Shown here: piece by piece, positions 61,001 to 64,000 of the stretch
How positions within the stretch are numbered: position 1 is the first letter of the stretch
Layout of the letters: every line of letters starts with the position of its first letter
The notes under the pieces: generated by a model
What the model saw: only the letters and a program-made list of their open reading frames with translations
Told to the model about the DNA's origin: nothing
Database searches by the model: none
Program-made: the position numbers and the translations under genes
Assembly: GCA_973895155.1 (NCBI GenBank)
Contig: OZ316896.1
Coordinates: 3,386,738 to 3,450,737, forward strand
Length of the DNA stretch: 64,000 bases
Reading direction: 5' to 3'
From: Marsupella aquatica
Taxonomy: Eukaryota; Plantae; Marchantiophyta

Positions 61001-63079
61001 CTTTCGATGCTTTGAAGGAGAGATTAGTAGCAAACAGATAATTGAGATCTTGAAGGACGTTGAAGAGGAGCGTGTCTTGCTGAAGAAGGATATCACCAAC
61101 AAATCAGAGCTTGTCGCAATGGGAGACTTGGCCCTTACAATCAAGATAATGTCCAAATTGAGAACAGTCATTATTGGCTATTTCGTGGAAAAGTATCGTG
61201 AGAAGTTTCCTGTTGGCACATCTTGGGAGTCTCTGGTGATATTGTTGCCTTCCTTGAAATCTGAGCTTGAGATGACAAAATTGAGGAGAGCAGCGGGTGA
61301 GGTTTACCTCAACAATTCATTGAAGAAGAATGTGGTCAAGGAGAGTTTCCCACAAAGTCTGATGGTCAGACTAGATGGGTTGTATTGTAAAGAATTTGGT
61401 GGGATTGGTCGTTCTCGCACGGAGCCTTTCTTGACATTTTTAGTGAGAATTTGATGAAGACGACCGTGCCGGAAATGCTACAAGAGCCTTCGCCTTTGTG
61501 TCCTCTTGCCATTGTTGACTTCAGTAGGCTCCGACAACATGTTTGGACCGATGCTGAAATTATTGCATTACTGCAATACATTGTGGATCTTCCAAGAAAT
61601 CCAACAATTGTTGTTGTCATGATTGTGCATCCGGGGCCACTTGCTGCAAACATTTTGAGTGCCCTTAGGAAATTGCAACATGAAAAGGGAATGGACATCC
61701 ACGTCGACTACGGGAGCTATCGACGGAGTGATACACCAGTTCCAGAGGGCTTACTTTTCAGTTGTGGTATGGAGGAGATAATCTTTGCAGGAATCACCAC
61801 TGAGGAGAAATTTGATTGGAAGCAAGTGTTCAGGCCTGGATTTAATTGCCAATTTTCTTACAATTTGGCGATCGACCCTGATTTCCAAGTGGAAGACAAG
61901 ACGGAGAAGCGAGATAAGAATAAGAGTAAGACAAGTAAGGAGACAGAGACTGAGTCAACTTCGGCATTTCACATTGGAGATTTCTTACGAAAGGCTCCCA
62001 TGTTTGAGATGGTGGGAAGTAGAGGTGGCTTTGTGAATATTCACGCTAAGCCAAAATGTATGCTGCAGAGTATTATTGAATTTTTTTCGGCTGAAGGGGA
62101 GACTATACTTGACTTTTTCTCGGGAGGACAGGTTATGAAGGTGTCATTGTTGTGTTTCAGAGAATGCTTTGCGTATTCAGACACTGAGGATGAATATGAT
62201 TTCACTCAGGCATATGGAAGGGTTCTCTGCGAGAAAGTTCCTTCCATAATGAGTGATCGGATGGGCGGTTCCAAATTTGGTAGAGCCCGTGATGGGGTTT
62301 CCGCGCATGTTGGTGCCAAAGAAGGCGTAGACCAGGGCAAAGATGATATTGAGGAAGGAGAATTGGGTCACGACAGGGTCACCCGAAATTTGGATGAACT
62401 TGGAACACAAGTGGTAGGTATTCCCTACTTTGGTGTGGGGTTGGCTGATGTTGTGGGTCGACCTGAGGGTGACCCACCAAGAAATCCCTTTGCCGGTGTA
62501 GAGAATTGGATGCACCAATCGGACCCAGATCTTACATCGTCCACATCGGACGCACATTGGAAGGCAACCGCAGATGGTCTAGGCAATATTGACGCAGTAG
62601 AATTGGGAGAAATGTCAGACATTGCGCTTGCAAAGGAGGATGATCGTCAAGTACCTGAGACCGCTGCAAATGAAGAAGAGAAGGCAGGTGCTTCAAATCC
62701 TCCCCTGTCTCCTCTATATTGCTCATCAGAGACTAAATTGGTTTTTACAAGTGCTTCTACAGGAAGCCCCATAGTATTATCATTTTCACAAAATTCTGGA
62801 TCCGAGATCGGTAGGACTGGATATATGAAAACAGTCCGTCCTGCAACTCATTTTATATGGAGAAATGGACCAAAGGTTGGAATGATAGAATCACTAGACG
62901 ATGCTCCAAAGATAATGGCAAAATCAGATTACAAAAAACTGAACTTGAGACTGAGCCCAGTTTTTGCACCCCCATCCTTTGAAGAGCAACTTCCCAGTGG
63001 TATCAATTCCGAGATACAAAGTGTTCTAGGTGATCAAACAATAGATGAATTTGGGCATTTTAGCATTGGAAATTATTAG
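58056..63079 (+). CDS. Spliced ~1320-aa protein: ParB/Srx-like domain plus degenerate beta-class N4C/N6A DNA methyltransferase domain (exons 58056-58224, 58947-60475, 60810-63079; one T-run frameshift near 61440)
   Basis: Both GT-AG introns join in phase (CCAC|gtaagg...accag|GA; TATCAG|gtacat...atgcag|GAT). Motifs FDIPVKSI, FLAISGQHSARAA, then LAIVDFSR, MEEIIFAG, VNIHAKPKCMLQSIIEFFSAEGETILDFFSGG. Confidence 0.75.
58251..60724. repeat. About 11 hairpin motifs TGCCTCGCCC-NNN-GGGCGAGGC confined to the two introns
   Basis: Copies at ~58251, 58335, 58453, 58518, 58583, 58648, 58732, 58851 (partly in a 65-bp tandem unit) and ~60543, 60609, 60702. Confidence 0.9.
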
Positions 63080-63121
63080 CCCATTCTTTGGTTCTTGGTA
63101 TTTTAATGACAATCTAAGCTT

Positions 63122-64000
63122 TGTTATAACCCATAATATGACTTAACCCTAGTATAGGATAGGTTAACATTAACCCAACCATGTTAACCCTTCTGGACTA
63201 TATAAGTCCTTGGCATAATGGAAGTGAGTGGGGATTATTGACTACTATCATCTTGTGTATTCATAACACGTTATCAGCGCGACTTGCTCAATTACATTTT
63301 TTTTACATGTGCTCCCTCCCCAAAATCTGACAACTCAATAGATCGAGGTCCACACAAAGAAAACAACACAATGTTGTGTGTTTTTTGCTCTAATGGCGAG
63401 AATAACCGCCTAACTACCTCCCGAGAATAGAGAAAACAAGCTTATGATCGAAGAACAAAGAACTGGCCATAGAGCGTCGAGCCTAATCACGAGCGAAGAT
63501 TCTCAACCTTGAACGAAGGAGACAACGCGACGAGACGCGAAAAACAAAATAAAAGACATTGGCGAAAACTGAAAACTTTGAGGACCGCACACAAGGACAT
63601 ACGAACGAACTCCATCGGGGACAATTTGGATGCGATTCAAGGGGCAGATGAGTCCCGTGCCTTGAGCGAAAGGATCGCTATCGTTTCTCTTTCTTTTGGT
63701 TAACTTGATCCATCACAACAGCCGATCGATCGGGCGGGACAAGGCGAAAGTCATAGGCATTTGATACAAAGGAACACCATATATTTATAAGGCCCAAAAT
63801 CAGGCGAAATAGACATGGCGACATTGGAGAAGTTACATTTCCCAACCCTACTAGTAGACGGCAGCAACTACTTGACATGGGCCGTAGATGCGGAAACATA
63901 CTTCGCATCGTTGGAGCTTGAAGATACATTAATCACAGACCAAAATCTGACTCTACAACAGAAGGCCAAGGCCGTGTTCCTTTTGCGCCAGCACTTGGTT
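63122..64000 (+). mobile_element. 5' end of a Bianca-lineage Ty1/copia element (LTR 63122-63268, PBS 63269-63281)
   Basis: TGTTAT...ATAACA 147-bp LTR with TATATAAG, followed by CGTTATCAGCGCG (half-tRNA-Ile-type PBS characteristic of Bianca). Confidence 0.85.
63815..64000 (+). CDS. Bianca-type gag N-terminus (runs off the window)
   Basis: Translates MATLEKLHFPTLLVDGSNYLTWAVDAETYFASLELEDTL...QKAKAVFLLRQHLV, matching the Bianca gag pattern (KL.F..L...G.NYL.W..DAE). Confidence 0.85.
   Translation, partial: MATLEKLHFPTLLVDGSNYLTWAVDAETYFASLELEDTLITDQNLTLQQKAKAVFLLRQHLV

Noticed and set aside
61430-61455. Two separate genes (60765-61454 and 61451-63079) or programmed frameshifting
   Set aside because: A single missing T in a T run joins them; mutation or assembly error is simpler.

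Overview
Eukaryotic, land-plant-type (bryophyte-like) nuclear DNA dominated by transposons; nothing prokaryotic or CRISPR-like. Left to right: (1) a chimeric, internally deleted solo copy of a giant LTR (72-3727); (2) a full-length but decayed Ty1/copia element with a half-tRNA primer site (8149-13172); (3) a head-to-head pair of intronless AIG1/GIMAP-like GTPase genes, one with an N-terminal pseudo-GTPase domain (15210-18770); (4) a MAM33-family gene or pseudogene whose second intron carries three U36a-like C/D snoRNAs (23995-26797); (5) a young 15.5-kb Ty3/gypsy element (27242-42726, TSD CAATG) whose ~4.6-kb LTRs each contain a ~1030-aa ORF; (6) a Sola/DUF7869-like transposase split by two LTR insertions (48220-56438); (7) divergent to it, a spliced ~1320-aa gene fusing a ParB/Srx-like domain to a degenerate N4/N6 DNA-methyltransferase domain, with hairpin-repeat introns (58056-63079); (8) the 5' end of a Bianca-type copia element. 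The best candidates for undescribed biology are the transposase plus ParB-methyltransferase module and the LTR-encoded large ORF. All family assignments come from motifs recognised by eye, not from database searches.
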